Assembly (NCBI GenBank): GCA_964016885.1
Contig: OZ024752.1
Span: 14,384,001 to 14,448,000, forward strand
Direction of reading: 5' to 3'
From: Eledone cirrhosa
Taxonomy: Eukaryota
DNA: 64,000 nucleotides
Position numbers and translations under genes: made by a program. The notes under the pieces are model-generated. The model had not been told where the DNA came from and made no database searches. It saw only the letters and a list, made by a program, of their open reading frames with translations. Shown here in pieces: positions 15,177-28,801 of this stretch (position 1 is its first letter; each line of letters begins with the position of its first letter).

Positions 15177-15180
<4 letters not shown>
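14381..15180 (-). mobile_element. family G-related PLE terminal element with inverted arm; HHR 14582-14623 (-)
   Basis: 14425-14522 = revcomp of 15087-15180; CTGACGA-tGTTGCA-gatg-TGCAAC-GAAA-GAAC-TT. Confidence 0.75.
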
Positions 15181-15224
<44 letters not shown>

Positions 15225-15227
<3 letters not shown>

Positions 15228-15541
15228 TATGTATGTATAAGTACATACATATGTGTATACAGACGTACAGTAGTATGTATATATATACATACATGCACAC
15301 ATATATATATGTACGTATGTGTTTACCGAACATTTATTATAATGTTCGGTTTGTTTGAAACATTATAATAAATGTTCGGTAAACCCATACGTACATATAT
15401 ATATGTGTGTGTATGTATATATATATATACATACTACTGTACGTCTGTATACATATATGTATGTACGTATACATATATTCTTACATTTAAGTATCAGCCG
15501 TACTAAGAGTGATAAATGAAATTTCTTTCCATTCTTTTCTA
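15225..15541. mobile_element. palindromic relative of family E
   Basis: Inverted arms centred about 15355; shares actgtacgtctgtatac and ttaag..tactaagagtga..aatgaaattt with E. Confidence 0.8.
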
Positions 15542-15592
15542 TATATATATATGATATATATATATGATAAATGAAATTTCTTTTCATTCTTT

Positions 15593-15650
<58 letters not shown>

Positions 15651-15906
15651 GCCTCATTTTTTCAAGTAAAAAGAAATTCAAACACTCATATATGAAAAAA
15701 CAACCTGTGACAACCCCCCCCCCCCCTCTCTTATTTGAAGAACTATTGTAACGCGAACTGGCGCGAAATTTATTATAATTATTGACAAACCAATCAAATT
15801 ACTTCTCGAAAAACTTGGTTTTCGAGCCAGTTTTTCCATATAAAACAAGTAACATTTAGAGACCAACCAGATGTGAGAAAAACCACAGACCCTCCATCTC
15901 AACTCA

Positions 15907-15944
15907 CCTTTTGAAAAGCAGAAGAACTGCGAAACCGGTAAAGG
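15907..15944 (+). ncRNA. minimal HHR, U3-A8 core variant
   Basis: cctt-TTGAAAA-GCAG-aagaa-CTGC-GAAA-CCGG-TA-aagg; all stems pair. Confidence 0.8.
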
Positions 15945-16213
15945 AATCAAATAAATATATATATTTTTAAAAAAATAAGACTTCAGTTGCATTTTCGATT
16001 TCATCCCTTTTTCTTTATATATATATATATATATATATATACGTATATATATATATATACATATATTGTATATATATATATATATATATAATATATATAT
16101 ATGTGTGTGTGTCTTGTGTGTCTGGGTATGATATGTATACATGGCATATATGTATATATATCAGATATATATGTGTATATATGATATATATGATATACAT
16201 ACATATATATATA

Positions 16214-17626
16214 TAAAAATACGTATTTAAGAAAGCCACAACAATGCAAAGGGAAATCTCGAGGTAGGAAGTGAAATATAGATAGGAAAAACAGGTGAAA
16301 GTGAAAATTGAGAGAGACAAAGATGAAAACAAAACAAAGGTAGAAGGGTTACCGTAGTAGAGATTTAATCCCAATATTTCGGGCTCACGCCCATCAACGG
16401 GGGAAAAGTTCCAAAAGGGGGGAAACAGGCCAAGCGGAGAAAGTTGTGATGGCGTTAAGACAGGAATGCCGTTATGGGGAGAAAAATATTTAAAATTTAA
16501 ACGAGGGAAAGAATGCGCGTGCGCGTGATAGGCTGTGGCAAAAGCTACTGACCAAATGGGTTAAATCAAGAGGGTGCGTTAGCGTGTGAAAGCCGTAAGA
16601 TATGTGTATGTAAATATATATGTGTGTGTAACTGTGTGTGTATAAGTGTAAGTGTGTATATGTGTGAGTGTGTGTGTGTGTGAAAGATAGTGGGCTGTAG
16701 AAGTTGGAAATCAAAGGGTGTGAAAGGTGGTAGGTTGTAACATATGTGTGCGTGTATAAATATAGATGTGTGTGTGTAAGCGTATGGGTATACATGTGTG
16801 TGTAACTGTGTGTGTATATGTGTTAGTGCGTTTGTGTGTGAAAGATAGTGGGCTGTAGAAGCTGGAAATCAAAGGGTGTGAAAGGTGGTAGGTTGTAAAA
16901 ACATGTGTGCGTGTATAAATATAGATGTGTGTGTGTATGCGTATGGGTATGCATATACGTGCGTGTGTGTGAAGATAGCAGGCCGTAGGCTGTGAATGGT
17001 CATTATGGTTAAGTTAGCCATGTCATTATGGTTAAGTTAGCCATGTCAGCTCACACATATACTCACACATATACACACACAGTTACACACACATGTATAC
17101 CCATACGCTTACACACACACATCTATATTTATACACGCACACATATTTTACAACCTACCACCTTTCACACCCTTTGATTTCCAACTTCTACAGCCCACTA
17201 TCTTTCACACACACACACACTCACACACCCTCTTGATTTAACCCATTTGGTCAGTAGCTTTTGCCACAGCTTATCACGCGCACGCGCATTCTTTCCCTCT
17301 TTTAAATTTTAAATATTTTTCTCCCCATAACGGCATTCCTGTCTTAACGACATCACAACTTTCTCCGCTTGGCCTGTTTCCACCCTTTTGGAACTTTTCC
17401 CCCGTTGATGGGCGTGAGCCCGAAATATTGGGATTAAATCTCACCTACGGTAACCCTTCTACCTTTGTTTTGTTTTCATCTTTGTCTCTCTCAATTTTCA
17501 CTTTCACCTGTTTTTCCTATCTATATTTCACTTCCTACCCCGAGATTTCCCTTTGCATTGTTGTGGCTTTCTTAAATACGTATTTTTACACATTTCACAA
17601 TGCTTCAAGCAAACTTTAACACCCTC
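16214..17626. mobile_element. family H inverted-repeat PLE pLTR element
   Basis: 16214-16577 = revcomp of about 17227-17588; ends cacaatgcttcaagcaaactt like the pLTR at 22953/26164; HHR-like motif 17398-17433. Confidence 0.85.
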
Positions 17627-17640
17627 ATATATATATATAT

Positions 17641-18610
17641 AGTTTTAATATAGATGAGATTCTACAGGACTAGAACTGTTTCATTCTTTAGAAATCATCA
17701 GCTTTCCAAAAATAAATGTTGTGGTATTTATATATTTTCAGGTGGGAGGAGAGGGTGGGTAGTGGGATGGGTGGAGGTCATTGGTTGAAAGAAAAGGGAA
17801 TTCATTAAAAGCTAATTTTTTAAGTCTATAATTTATATTTAGAGTGACAAAGGCAGGCAGAATTCTATAAACAAGTTCAGAATGGAGAACCACTCCTTAT
17901 TTTTAAGTTTCTCTTAAGTTAACAAAGCCTATATTTCAGGTGTCTATAAGATGGTTGGGGCCGGTCATGGTTGATGTATTTAAAGAAAAGGGAAATTATT
18001 TAAAAGCTAATTCTTTAAAGCTCTACTTAGAGTGACAAAGGCCAAGAGAATTCTATAAACAATTGGGTGTCTATCATATCATTATTGTCAGGCACCCAAT
18101 ATTTTGAACTGGTTTATAGAATTCTCTTGGCCTTTGTCACTCTAAGTAGAGCTTTAAAGAATTAGCTTTTAAAGAATTTCCCTTTTCTTTAAATCCATCA
18201 ACCATGACCGACCCCTAACCATCTTATTGACACCTGAAATATAGGCTTTGTTAACTTAAGAGAAACTTAAAAATAAGTAGTGGCATCCCATTCTGAACTT
18301 GTTTATAGAATTCTTTCTGCCTTTGTCACTCTAAATATAAATTATAGCCTTAAAGAATTAGTTTTAATGAATTCCCTTTTCTTTCAACCAATGACCTCCA
18401 CCCATCCCACTCCTCACCCTCTCCTACCACCTGAAAAGATATAAATACCACAACATTTATTTTTGGAAAGCCAGATTCCTGATGATTTCTAAAGAATGAA
18501 ACAGTTCTAGTCCTGTAGAATCTCATCTATATTAAAACGTTTATACTCTACTATGTATTGAGTACCTTACTTACCTGTAGTTACCTCCGATTCAACCCGG
18601 AATAACTTAC
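17641..18610. mobile_element. family B long palindrome (arms 17641-18060 / 18112-18539) with HHR-like motif 18474-18522
   Basis: ~420 bp inverted arms, each containing an internal ~170-190 bp duplication; CTGATGA-stem-GAAAC..GTC. Confidence 0.85.
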
Positions 18611-18660
18611 ATATATATATATATATATACACCCCACGAGCTCATATATATATATATATG

Positions 18661-19222
18661 CACCCCACGAGCTCATCAACAGCAAAGCTGAAACAGCGAT
18701 AAGTTGTACACGTCGCTTAAAAATATCCTTCTTCAGATAGGTTAAGGGTGAGGAGTGAAACCGTGCACCAGATCTCCCTGCAACAAGTTTTAACACCCCG
18801 GCGGTCAGGCGCTGTAAAATAACACCCAGGAAACTATCCTTACATACCAGACCCAGCCTCAAACGACTCAGAAAAACAGATGCAGCAAAAAAAACTCTCA
18901 AAATAAGCGTTGATTACATGCGTATCGACAATGGTAAGGTTGTAACCTCATCTCGTAGCGGATAAAAAATTTGTCCGGGAAAGACTGCCTTAACACCCGC
19001 CAGAGTTACCTCCCTTGACCTGCTGCAAAATCAAAACAAGGTATTTTTGCGATCAATGAATCTTGACGTAGATTTAACCCCAAAAACTCATTCCGAGCAA
19101 TGTAAGGAACACTTTTGAATATTTATGCCCTTGAGAAGCCCAACCGGGCTAAACGTACGTAGGTGCTGTTTTAAATAAAATGTTTTAACGGTCTATTCTC
19201 CGATTTCTTACTTTCCCACGTG
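18661..19222 (+). mobile_element. 3' end of a Hydra-like PLE with U3-A8 HHR remnant (19127-19166)
   Basis: HELINSKAETAISCTRR resembles the LN.R.E....C.H C-terminus; gccc-TTGAGAA-GCCC-aacc-GGGC-TAAA-CGTACG-TA. Confidence 0.55.
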
Positions 19223-21129
19223 TGTGTATATATATATATATACATATACATTGTTTCGTTCTACTCCTGCCGGAGTATGAATTTATTTTTCCATTTATAT
19301 ACAGCCAATTCACAAATAACTAGCAATGACACAAACACATCTGTCTTCCATGAAAGAAACATTTATATTGAGACAGTTAAAAGCAATCAATGAACATTCA
19401 ATCCTGTGTAGGATGATAGCAATAGCTAGTAACGTGTCTTGTATGTTGTGCCTGCTTGAGCTTTCTCTGATTTTCGGTTGGGCAAGTCAATAGATTAAAT
19501 TTTCTTAATACACTTCAAAAATCAATTGCAATTTGCCTAGTGGAACAAATTTGTATTTCAATCTATTCAACAATTAAAAATATCAGTTGCTTTGAATACG
19601 AATAGAAAGAGATTTGTTTGTTGATGATAAGAAAGAAATAGTTCAGGCGTTAATGGCAGAAAGAACATGATTAAGTAGGAAAACGTGGCGTGTTGTTGAT
19701 TTTAAATTTGGGTTAACCCGCTGCGCAGACATGATCTTGGCATTATTTCAAACGATAAACAGTATGAAGAAAGGCATATGATGAAATATCCGCCACCATT
19801 AGCAACATATAATATCAATTCTGTCGGTAGGAGTTGATATTTCTCAGTCCATTTCGACAGCTGATGATACTTATTATTATTACTGTTATTAATTTAGTAA
19901 AAGGCGAAAGATTTATCCGCTCATTATTACTTTTATTACTTTTATTGCTGCAACATACATCTTCCTGTTTCACATGGCACTATTTTCTCCTCCTTTCGAC
20001 TTGTGGAACCACACCACCCTGACGTTGTTAGTCACTGGCTCACCAGCACCTGTTACCATAAATCATTTGATTTCCTCGGTATGTCACCGACGGTGAGTCT
20101 TTTGTTTGATCGTCCATTCTTTTCGTCCTCACATATTGTTTGATTTAAATATCGTACATATATATATATATATCAAAATAAAGATCCGAAGACATGGTAT
20201 ACATTTTCAATCATTTAATCAAGACACATGTTTTAATAAGAGATAGATCGATCGTGCGGCCATAATCGATCACGTCAGGTGAAAATGAATTGTCTTCAAA
20301 TCCTTGATATGAGGGAGAAAATTTAACGATGTTCACTCACTAGAGTTTTGTCCCCCATATGAAGATTAAGCAGCCAAAACACGCCGACTGCTATCGTCCT
20401 CAGTTAGGGTCATAAAACTATCAAGTCGCCATCTCTCAATAGCTGTAAAAGACGCTGGACGGGTCTAATCACAACATCAAATCTTTAGAATTACACTCGG
20501 TCACAGTTAGTGTGAGTGAGTACACACAAACTCACACACACCGACGCGAGGTCGAAGAAGAAAAATACATATACACTAACATAGTTTTCACCGAAAGTTA
20601 GTTTACAAAACAACAAATGTTATATTGGTCAAATCTCAATTTGACGATGTAAATTGGAGAAATTGGGTCAACCGCAACCCTATACACACGCAAGTAAATT
20701 CAGTTCAATGTTCGGCAATACGTGTATAGACTGAATTGTAAATAGTGTATGTTTTGGTATTTACACATCCGTATCGTCTAAAAAAGTGTATGTTTTGGTA
20801 TCTACACATCCATGTGAGGAGCAAGTAGTCAGCTCATATCGAATTATGTATGTGCCGTTGTCCTATTGAGAATCTGAGTCGCCAAATCCGTGCGTGCAAG
20901 CAACCGCCATGTAAGCCACCAATGGGGCTCTGTGTAGGGTTGGGTATTTGAGTTAAGGTGTCAGAATGTGCGTTTTCCCGTCATATTGGCCCTTGGGCTT
21001 TTACGATAGGTGTTTGAATGGTGGAGATGTGTTACTCAACACAGAAATAAAATAAAATAAAAAAAAGAATAGCAAAACCCCCCAGGATGTTTGTAAGCCA
21101 TTAAGTAATAACAACTTGTGTAAGTAATA

Positions 21130-21980
21130 ACATATGGATAGAGTAACCTATGATGACTTGATAATCAGAGAACTTAGAAAAAGCTACAGGAAAACTACAC
21201 AGGCCAACCTGGATTTAATCAACACGGAGGCCAATAGCATCATGACCTAACTGGGTATTGAAGATAAAACTGAGCCCTTCCATCCTATAATTCCGAGGAT
21301 TTTATTGAAAGCCCACAAATTAAACTTTGAATCATCAAAACCTGTCATGCTCATAGACCCTTCGAAGTCGGACATATGAATCATGAGTAAAAACATCCTT
21401 GATAAAATAATCCCCACTCTAGTTAGGAGATCGAAGCTTAAATTATGGTCAGGAACTAGTGAGGTAATTAACTGGTTTGTGAAATCGCAGAATAAGAATA
21501 GCACTAAGTTTATACAGTTCGATATCTCTAACTACTACTCTTCGATCTCGCCAACTCTTCTAGGTAAGGCCCTAAATTTGCTAGCTTACACACCGACCTT
21601 ACATCTGAAGAAATTAACATTATTCTCCTAGCTAGGAAAACCTTAATTGAGTTCAACAGTGACTTGTGGACTAGGAGAGATTGGCCGGACAATTTCGAGA
21701 TCATCATGGGATCAACGGACTCAGCCCAAGTGACGGATCTGGTGGGCCTCTACTTCCTCGACTGTCTCGGAGTGGAAATACCCCATTTGGGAGGTGGCGC
21801 TTACCGTGACGACCTTTTGTTTACTGTGTCGTTCCATAATAATAGTATGGTAGAGAGGGTGAGGAAAAAACTAAGCAAATTCTTCAACAACATAGACTTA
21901 AGTATAGTGTTTGAAGAAAACCTGAAGATAGTTAATTTTCTAGATGTTACACTTAACCTCACTTCAGGACTCTTCCAACT
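21130..21980 (+). pseudogene. decayed PLE reverse transcriptase (Hydra-like clade)
   Basis: SKNILDKI..EVINWF..FIQFDISNYYSSI; MGSTDSAQVTDLVGLY; YRDD; VNFLDVTLNL; stops and frameshifts. Confidence 0.85.
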
Positions 21981-21981
21981 C

Positions 21982-22572
21982 TGTGTCGCTGCACATGTGC
22001 TACTCTACATGAACTCAGAACGTGTTCCACTCTCTGTCTACCATGGCAAGGATAGGGCACTAAGTGTTACCTGATTTGGGCAGGTAACACTTAGTGCATA
22101 AGTTCGTATTCGAAAGTATTCTAGCTGAAACACTTCTAGCCCATCTAGATATTCTAAAATGTATTCTAGCCCAGACAATCTAGATATTCTAAAGTTTATT
22201 GTAGCCCAGACACATCTAGATATTCTAAAATGTATTCCAGCTCAGACATATCTAGATATTCTAAAAGTTATTCTAGCTCAGACACATGTAGCTCAGACAC
22301 ATCTAGCTCATCTAGCTGAGACACTTCTAGCCCATCTAGAATAAATTTTAGAATATCTAGATGTGTCGGGGCTAGAATAAATTTTAGAATATCTAGATGT
22401 GTCTGGGCTAGAATAAATGTTAGAATATCTAGATGGGCTAGAAGTGTCTCAGCTATACGAACATATGCAGTTGGGCAAATCAGATAACACTTAGTGCCCT
22501 ATCCTTGCCATGGTAGACAGACAGTGGAACACGTTCTGAGTTCATGTAGAGTAGCACATGTGAAGAGACACA
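21982..22572. mobile_element. fold-back element with ~100 bp TIRs and internal ~33-bp minisatellite
   Basis: 21982-22080 = revcomp of 22475-22572; ctagcccagacacatctagatattctaaaa repeats switch orientation near 22340. Confidence 0.75.
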
Positions 22573-22666
22573 CCTAGAGGCACTGTCCAGTGTTTAAAGA
22601 GATCGTACATGTGGTAAGTACGGCAAAAGAAAAGTCTGTGGCGCGAAAATGTCCAACAACATTCTA

Positions 22667-25600
22667 CAGAGGACACGTACTGTTCCTCTCTGACAGATAA
22701 CCCCTCCGGAAAACCCCCCAGTTGATGGATGCAAATCCGAAATATAGGGACAATTAAATCTCTCACAAGGTAACTCTATCTCGTGTTATTTTTATTTGTT
22801 ACGCTCTTTCCTACATTCCTCTACACATTATACATCTCATTCTACATTCCCTTACATCTCTCTCTCCACCACCGGATCCTGTTACCCGGAGACTTAGCAA
22901 TCTGCATTGTTGAGGCCACCAAAGCGACCAAAGAAGATAAATCTTATTATTCCACAATGCTTCAAGCAAACTTCAATACTTTCTTATCCTTACACCTGAG
23001 CCAGGAATTGTTTGTATCCGTAAGGGAACTGTTTAGACTGTCGGAAAAATGGGCCAATGTTGGCTGTCAAATTATTTTCCTGAAACGCTGCCTAAAAAAC
23101 GATGTCATCCCCACCACCATCAGGAACATCCGCTTACCAGGATGCCTACGTACACCAGCTTTTCAAAACACCGCTAGCCGCATAAACCGCTCGTGTATCA
23201 AACAGATCCTGTGACATCTCAACCGCCAATTATACATCCATAAGCGGACACTCTCAGAGCGGACACATCGACAAACAATAACACCCGTCGGCTTGTCCTT
23301 AAAATCACAAAAGCAATCGACCAATGCTACCACTCCAGAGTCCAACACGAAAAATGAAACGGCTCAAGCGGCAATATGAGTGGATCTTGTTTAAACTCCA
23401 CAACGAAAACACCGACACTAACAAACAGACAGACCAGAACCACGTGAAAAACAGCAACGTAACAACTGCCGCCGCCACATCCACCAACAATGAGCCACAC
23501 CTGAACGATGCAACGCACCTGGTCACCTACCTAACCGGCACCCTCACGAACGACGCGCAGGAACTCCTACGCCTCGGACCCAAGTTCATCGTCTCACAGC
23601 GACTCGACGACAGACTCAAACTCGACATCGAAGCTAACTCATGTCGAGCCGCCTACCAACTTAAATGGGTGACCGCCATCAACAACGCCACTGAAAATAA
23701 CAGCGCCCACACAACCCACCCCAATTCCCCTACTTACCACCTCGACAACCCACTCCACCCCCACCCACCAACCACGAACTCGACACTAAACTCATCAGGT
23801 TAAAACTCGCCATCTCTGATATCCTACACAAAACACACACACACGCACAACACACAACCTCACTAAATCTCAACTCACCACTCTCTCCAACCTGAAATCG
23901 AAGAACCTCATCTACCTCCCCTCCGACAAGGGAAAATAATTCTGCGTCATAACCACAGAGGTCTACAACACCCTGGCCTTCAACACCTTGACGATGACAA
24001 CCTCTACTCCAAAGTCACAGGAATCACTCCCGCGCAGATCGAGGATCACATCAACGCCGGCTGGACCAACATCTGTGACCGGCGGAAGCTCCCGAAGATG
24101 CTCAGATACAACCTCCTCACGAGGAACAACAGACTACCTACCTTGTGAAAACACACGAAGAGGGACCTGACCTGAAGATCAGACCTATCGTATCGAGCGT
24201 GGAAGAAGCGCTCTACAAAATTTCATGGCTCCTAGCCAGAATACTCAAACCCATACAAGACACCTTGCCGGGACACGTAAACAGCTCCGCGAAGGTGTTG
24301 GAGTGCCTGCATCAAATGGATCCTGACACTAGAAAGGCTAACAGATATGCCTTCAGCCTTCATGTGGTCGCTCTTTACACCTCGGTCCCGGCGCTCCTGG
24401 CCGTTGATATACTGATGGAATGCGTTCAATCTACCGACTTACACTGCTTCGGGCTCACCCCCACTGACATCTATCAACTCCTATCCGTCGTCGTTGACAA
24501 CACGTACTTCAGTTTTCTCGACCAAACATACCGGCAAACCTCGGATCTGCCCATGGGCTCAAGCCTGTCGGGTGTGCTAGCGATCTCATACATGGACAGC
24601 CTCGAGCACCAGGTACTCAACACCTGCCACCCCAACGCCATCACCTTTTTCTCAACGTACGAGGACGACATCGTCATCCTCACATCTTCCCAGGAGATGG
24701 CGAACGGAATTCATGAGACGTTCAACAACACGGACGAGAACATTGATTTCAATGTTGAACACCCCAGCGACGACGGGTCACTTGCCCTCTTCGACTTCCG
24801 AATCAACATCACGCAGCAGGGAGGGGTCCACACCAACTTCTACCGTAAGGCAGCCTGCAGGGACTTGTTCGTTCACTACAAGTGCGCCCTGCCTAACAGT
24901 GTTAAAAGAGGGGACATCACGAACCAGATCACGCGAATTAAATACAGATGCAGCGATCCCGTGAGTGGTGTCACCCACACCAAGCGATTCCTCAAAGTGC
25001 TAGAGACGAACGGGTGCCCATCCTCGCTCACAAACAGAATAAGGGACACCAAACGCAAGAGGCAGAGAAACACCCAAGGGAAGTGCTCCCTTAAAATACC
25101 ACACCTGGGCGAAAATACCACAAAGGCTATCCACAGGGCTATACGGAGAGAGGGCCTCGACATCCACCTGGCCCACTCGGGCCCCTCCCTGCGGAGATGC
25201 CTCTCCAGGAAACCCCGGAAATCGATTGTCGCGTGTTACCTCAGAAACTGCCCGATGCGCCATACGAACTGCTGCTTACACACATACGTTGTATACAAGG
25301 TAGAATGTGACAGGTGCAACCACTACTATGTTGGTAGCACAATCCGGCCGCCACATATCCGGATCAAGGAGCACATCAATACCAGGGCCTCGTCTTTCCT
25401 GAAACACATAACCAAATGCGGAAACAAAGACGGAAGGCCGATTGTCACAGTGCTAGTGACAGAACGCAACGTCGGCACGTTACGAACCAAGGAAGCACTT
25501 TGGATCAAACGCCTAGGACCAAAAATAAATAACCGATCCGGGAGAAGCGAGATGAGCTGGTTGGTATAAACAAACGAGACAACAACACACGCGCACACAC

Positions 25601-26197
25601 ACACAGTGGCATTCGAACGATTGTTATTGTGTGTGTAGCACCGCCACCTTCCACCGACCAACAAGCGACCAGGCAGACTACTACCATACGACTATACTAC
25701 ACTGATAGTACCATAAACCAGCACAGATAAATAGTACAATGGATTGACAGCTAACGCCATTCCACTCCCACAATTAAAAGAACTGCTTCAACCTTTGCTT
25801 GACCAAACCTATTCCGCGCGCACGTGCGATCTGCAGAATACCTCAATTAGTCACAAACTGCGAACAGCAGAGTACACATACCGTTCCTCTCCGACAGGTA
25901 ACTTTCCACCCCCTCGGAAAACCCCTAGTTGATGGATGCGAATCCGAAATATAGGGACAATTAAATCTCTCACAAGGTAACTGTATCTCGTGTTATTATT
26001 TTTAATTTGTACGTTCTTTCCTACGTCCCTCTACACACTATACATCTCATTCTACATTTCCTTACAGCTCTCTCTTCACCGCCGGATCCTGTTACCCGGA
26101 GACTTAGCCATCTGCATTGTTGAGGCTTCCAAATCGACCAAAAGAAAATAAACCTTATTATTCCACAATGCTTCAAGCAAACTTCAATACTCTCTTA
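22667..26197 (+). mobile_element. near full-length Penelope-like element with direct pseudo-LTRs (22667-22986, 25868-26197)
   Basis: ~320 bp direct repeats that end inside the ORF start (ATG CTT CAA GCA AAC); RT and GIY-YIG in between. Confidence 0.92.
22957..25569 (+). pseudogene. PLE polyprotein, disrupted (N-terminus, RT, GIY-YIG)
   Basis: FLKRCLKNDVIP; LRLGPKF; IRPIVSS; LYTSVP; LPMGSSLSGVLA; YEDD; VVYKVECDRCNHYYVGST; in-frame stop at 23212 and frameshifts before 24145. Confidence 0.9.
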
Positions 26198-26559
26198 TAT
26201 ATATATTTTAGCTTGTAATGCGTTATCGGCCAATGCTATATAGAATTTACTGGAGTGGTGGTACTGAGGCTACAGAAGCTCGATTGGCTGCATCAGGGTA
26301 GGCAAAAGAGGAAAAAGGAAAAGAAAGTGGAAGGGAATGAAAAGAAAAGATAAAGGGAAAACTAAAAGAAGTACATCTAATTATGTATGCTGCGGTTTCT
26401 CCGATCTTGTTCGGCAAGTGGGGAAAAGAAGGATGTTACAGCCCTTGTCTACCCACCCGGGTCATGGGGGGTTTGTGGGCGAGGTAAGTCCTAGGCAATC
26501 GGTGTTTACATGCAGTTACAAGTTCGTCTTTTTTGTCTGTGTCCTTCGTAAACAGCATT

Positions 26560-28070
26560 TGAATTGTTTCCTATGAACATAAGTTACACGCATGGCGTCC
26601 TCCCCTGTATGATTTAGACCTGGTAATTAAGATCCAAGTAAGATTGTATGTTATGTTGTTATTTGGAAGTCCCATATGTAGTCCGAAAGTGTAGTGTTAT
26701 GTGGCCGGGCCGGGTTTCGGATCATATGTCGGTGTTGGTAGAGCCGGGTCTGAAAGCCACAAGCGGTTAAGACTATATAGGCTTTGTTGGAGTTTTCCGT
26801 CCTCACGTTGCATTGGTAGATCACCATACGTTCTCGACATTTGTTATTGAGGGGGCACGTAAATCTATCAGGGTAGTTACACCTCCTGGTCGGCTCTCCA
26901 CTAATGTCTAGGTTGTTTCTTCGATAGGAGTTGAGTTACTTGTTGTTTGAGGGGGCAATGATTTGTGTGAAGTTGGGTGTGGTGCTGTAAGAGAGTTTGA
27001 TAGTGTTTTTATTGATTATGTTGTGGTAGCGGTGTTGTGGTGGGAAGTCTTTTTGGAGGAGCCTAGAGGAGATTTTCCCGATTGGTGTTGCCCCTTCGGC
27101 ATTGTAGGGTAGATTAAACCAAGTTACGTGGTGTGAGCGACGGCGTCGCCTGCTGGTTCCGCTAAGGGAAGCTGGATAAAAGGAGATTTCCTCCTGAAAG
27201 CCACTTCGCTTGAAGGCCTGGTTGTAATAAGGCATATGTTCATCGAATATCTCCTCATTAGCGGACAAACGAGATATGCGTAGGGAGATGTTTTTAACCA
27301 GGTTATTGATGATGTTTCCAAGGTGGTTAAAGTGGCGGTGGATGTAGTGAAGATTATCGTTTGGCTTCCTGAATGGGTAGTACAGATCATTTTTCAGGTT
27401 GAGAGTAACGTCCAGGAAATTGACTCGGGTTAGGGACGTTTGTAGGGTGATTTTAAAATAGTTGATTAGTTGGTTACGGACCCTGTCTGTACTACTAGGT
27501 TGTACCCCTTGAGAGTAAAGAGCCCATCGTCTCGGTACAATCCACCGCCGAATGCAGGAAACATTTCGGTGAGTTTGTGTAGTAGGAATAATGCTATAAG
27601 ATCGCTCACCTCAGCCGAGTCAGTCGCGCCCATAGTGTCGTCGAAGGGGGAGTGAGAGCTCCCTTTATCCACTTGGAGTTGTCGAAAAGGAGGACTGTCG
27701 TTCTGGCATGGAGAATGGTGTTTCTTTCCTGGTCGGTGATAGGTGTGGGTGTTTTGGCAAAGACCAAAGCGGCCGTAAGGAGCGGTAAGGTAATAGAGGC
27801 GCAATAGCTCTCTATGTCTAACTAAATGAAATTTAGTGTCCCGTTTGTCCTCAATATGGCTGAACCATGGGATGACCTCCTGGGTGCTGACACAAAGGCT
27901 AAATCTCACGTTTTGCTTAACTTTTGGTATAACGCCGTCTAGGATCTTTTTACTGATTCTCCCTATGTCCAACTTCGTCGGTTTATAAGCATAATGGATG
28001 GTTTGCGGTCGAAGTCGGATTTATGGTCCTACAGGCTGAAGTAGGGACTCCGTGGGTCAAGAGGTTCAGT
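26560..28070 (-). pseudogene. decayed Hydra-like PLE (RT + GIY-YIG)
   Basis: DIGRISKKILD, FDDTMGATDSAEVSDL, GLYRDDGL, TWFNLPYN, IKLSYSTTPN, CPLNNKC..VIYQC. Confidence 0.88.
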
Positions 28071-28165
28071 GCCGTAGGCGTCCCCCAAGTCCCAAGTGGA
28101 AGTAATGTGTTGTCCATCTAGGACTATATATAATGTGTGTGCGCATGTGTATATATATGTATATA

Positions 28166-28801
28166 TCTATATATATAAAGTTATAAAGTTGTAGTTTCTG
28201 TCTGTTTATTTGTTCGTTCACGGACACCTCCTATGGTTTTGGCGACCCCCATAACTGTATATATTCTCAAACTACATTGCCCAGGGTACTTGGATAAGTA
28301 TATTTCATTTTAATCAAAGTGTTTTTCGTGGTCACAAACCCCCGCTTGCCCCCAGCTGAAAACATTTTCCCTTCGATTTATATGACATTTAAACCACAGA
28401 TACATGACAAGATATGATGTCGTTTCACAAAATCTCAGCAAATATCAATAATATTAAGGCACCCTAATGGGGGTTAAACCCCCTACAATGTACATTTTGG
28501 AAGCCAATACCTTGAGTATTGAAACCACTATTATGACCTTTTTTTTCTATTAATTAAACGTAAATCAACAAAAAAGCACCTCTCTTATATAGTAACATTT
28601 GGCTAATTTAGACATTTTATCTATGTCAAAACATCACTAGAATTATGACAACAAAAAGTATTAGTTAATGCCTCTAATTTTTTAACATATTCCCGTTATT
28701 CTTTCTCCATAAATTTTATCACTCATTTAAAATCAATCATCCTTTTCTTACAATAAAAATATGTGAAACGCAGCAAGGTGCGGGTAATTCGGCTAGGCTA
28801 G
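28166..28801 (+). mobile_element. non-autonomous Helitron
   Basis: 5' TCTATATATATAAAG plus (ctgt) tract; 3' cgcagcaaggtgcggg hairpin then CTAG followed by T. Confidence 0.7.

Noticed and set aside
19320-20100. Possible host exons in less repetitive sequence
   Set aside because: No recognisable protein motif or convincing splice-bounded frame
22120-22450. CRISPR-like regular repeats (also 58786-59100)
   Set aside because: No unique spacers, no cas genes, eukaryotic context; these are minisatellites
23212-23214. In-frame TGA as possible selenocysteine (reported for some Naiad PLEs)
   Set aside because: The copy has other frameshifts and stops; CGA>TGA decay is simpler and no SECIS was identified
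26255-26303. Possible HHR at the 3' end of the Hydra-like PLE (also 20226-20280 and 32650-32683)
   Set aside because: Too degenerate: GAAA and/or stems missing
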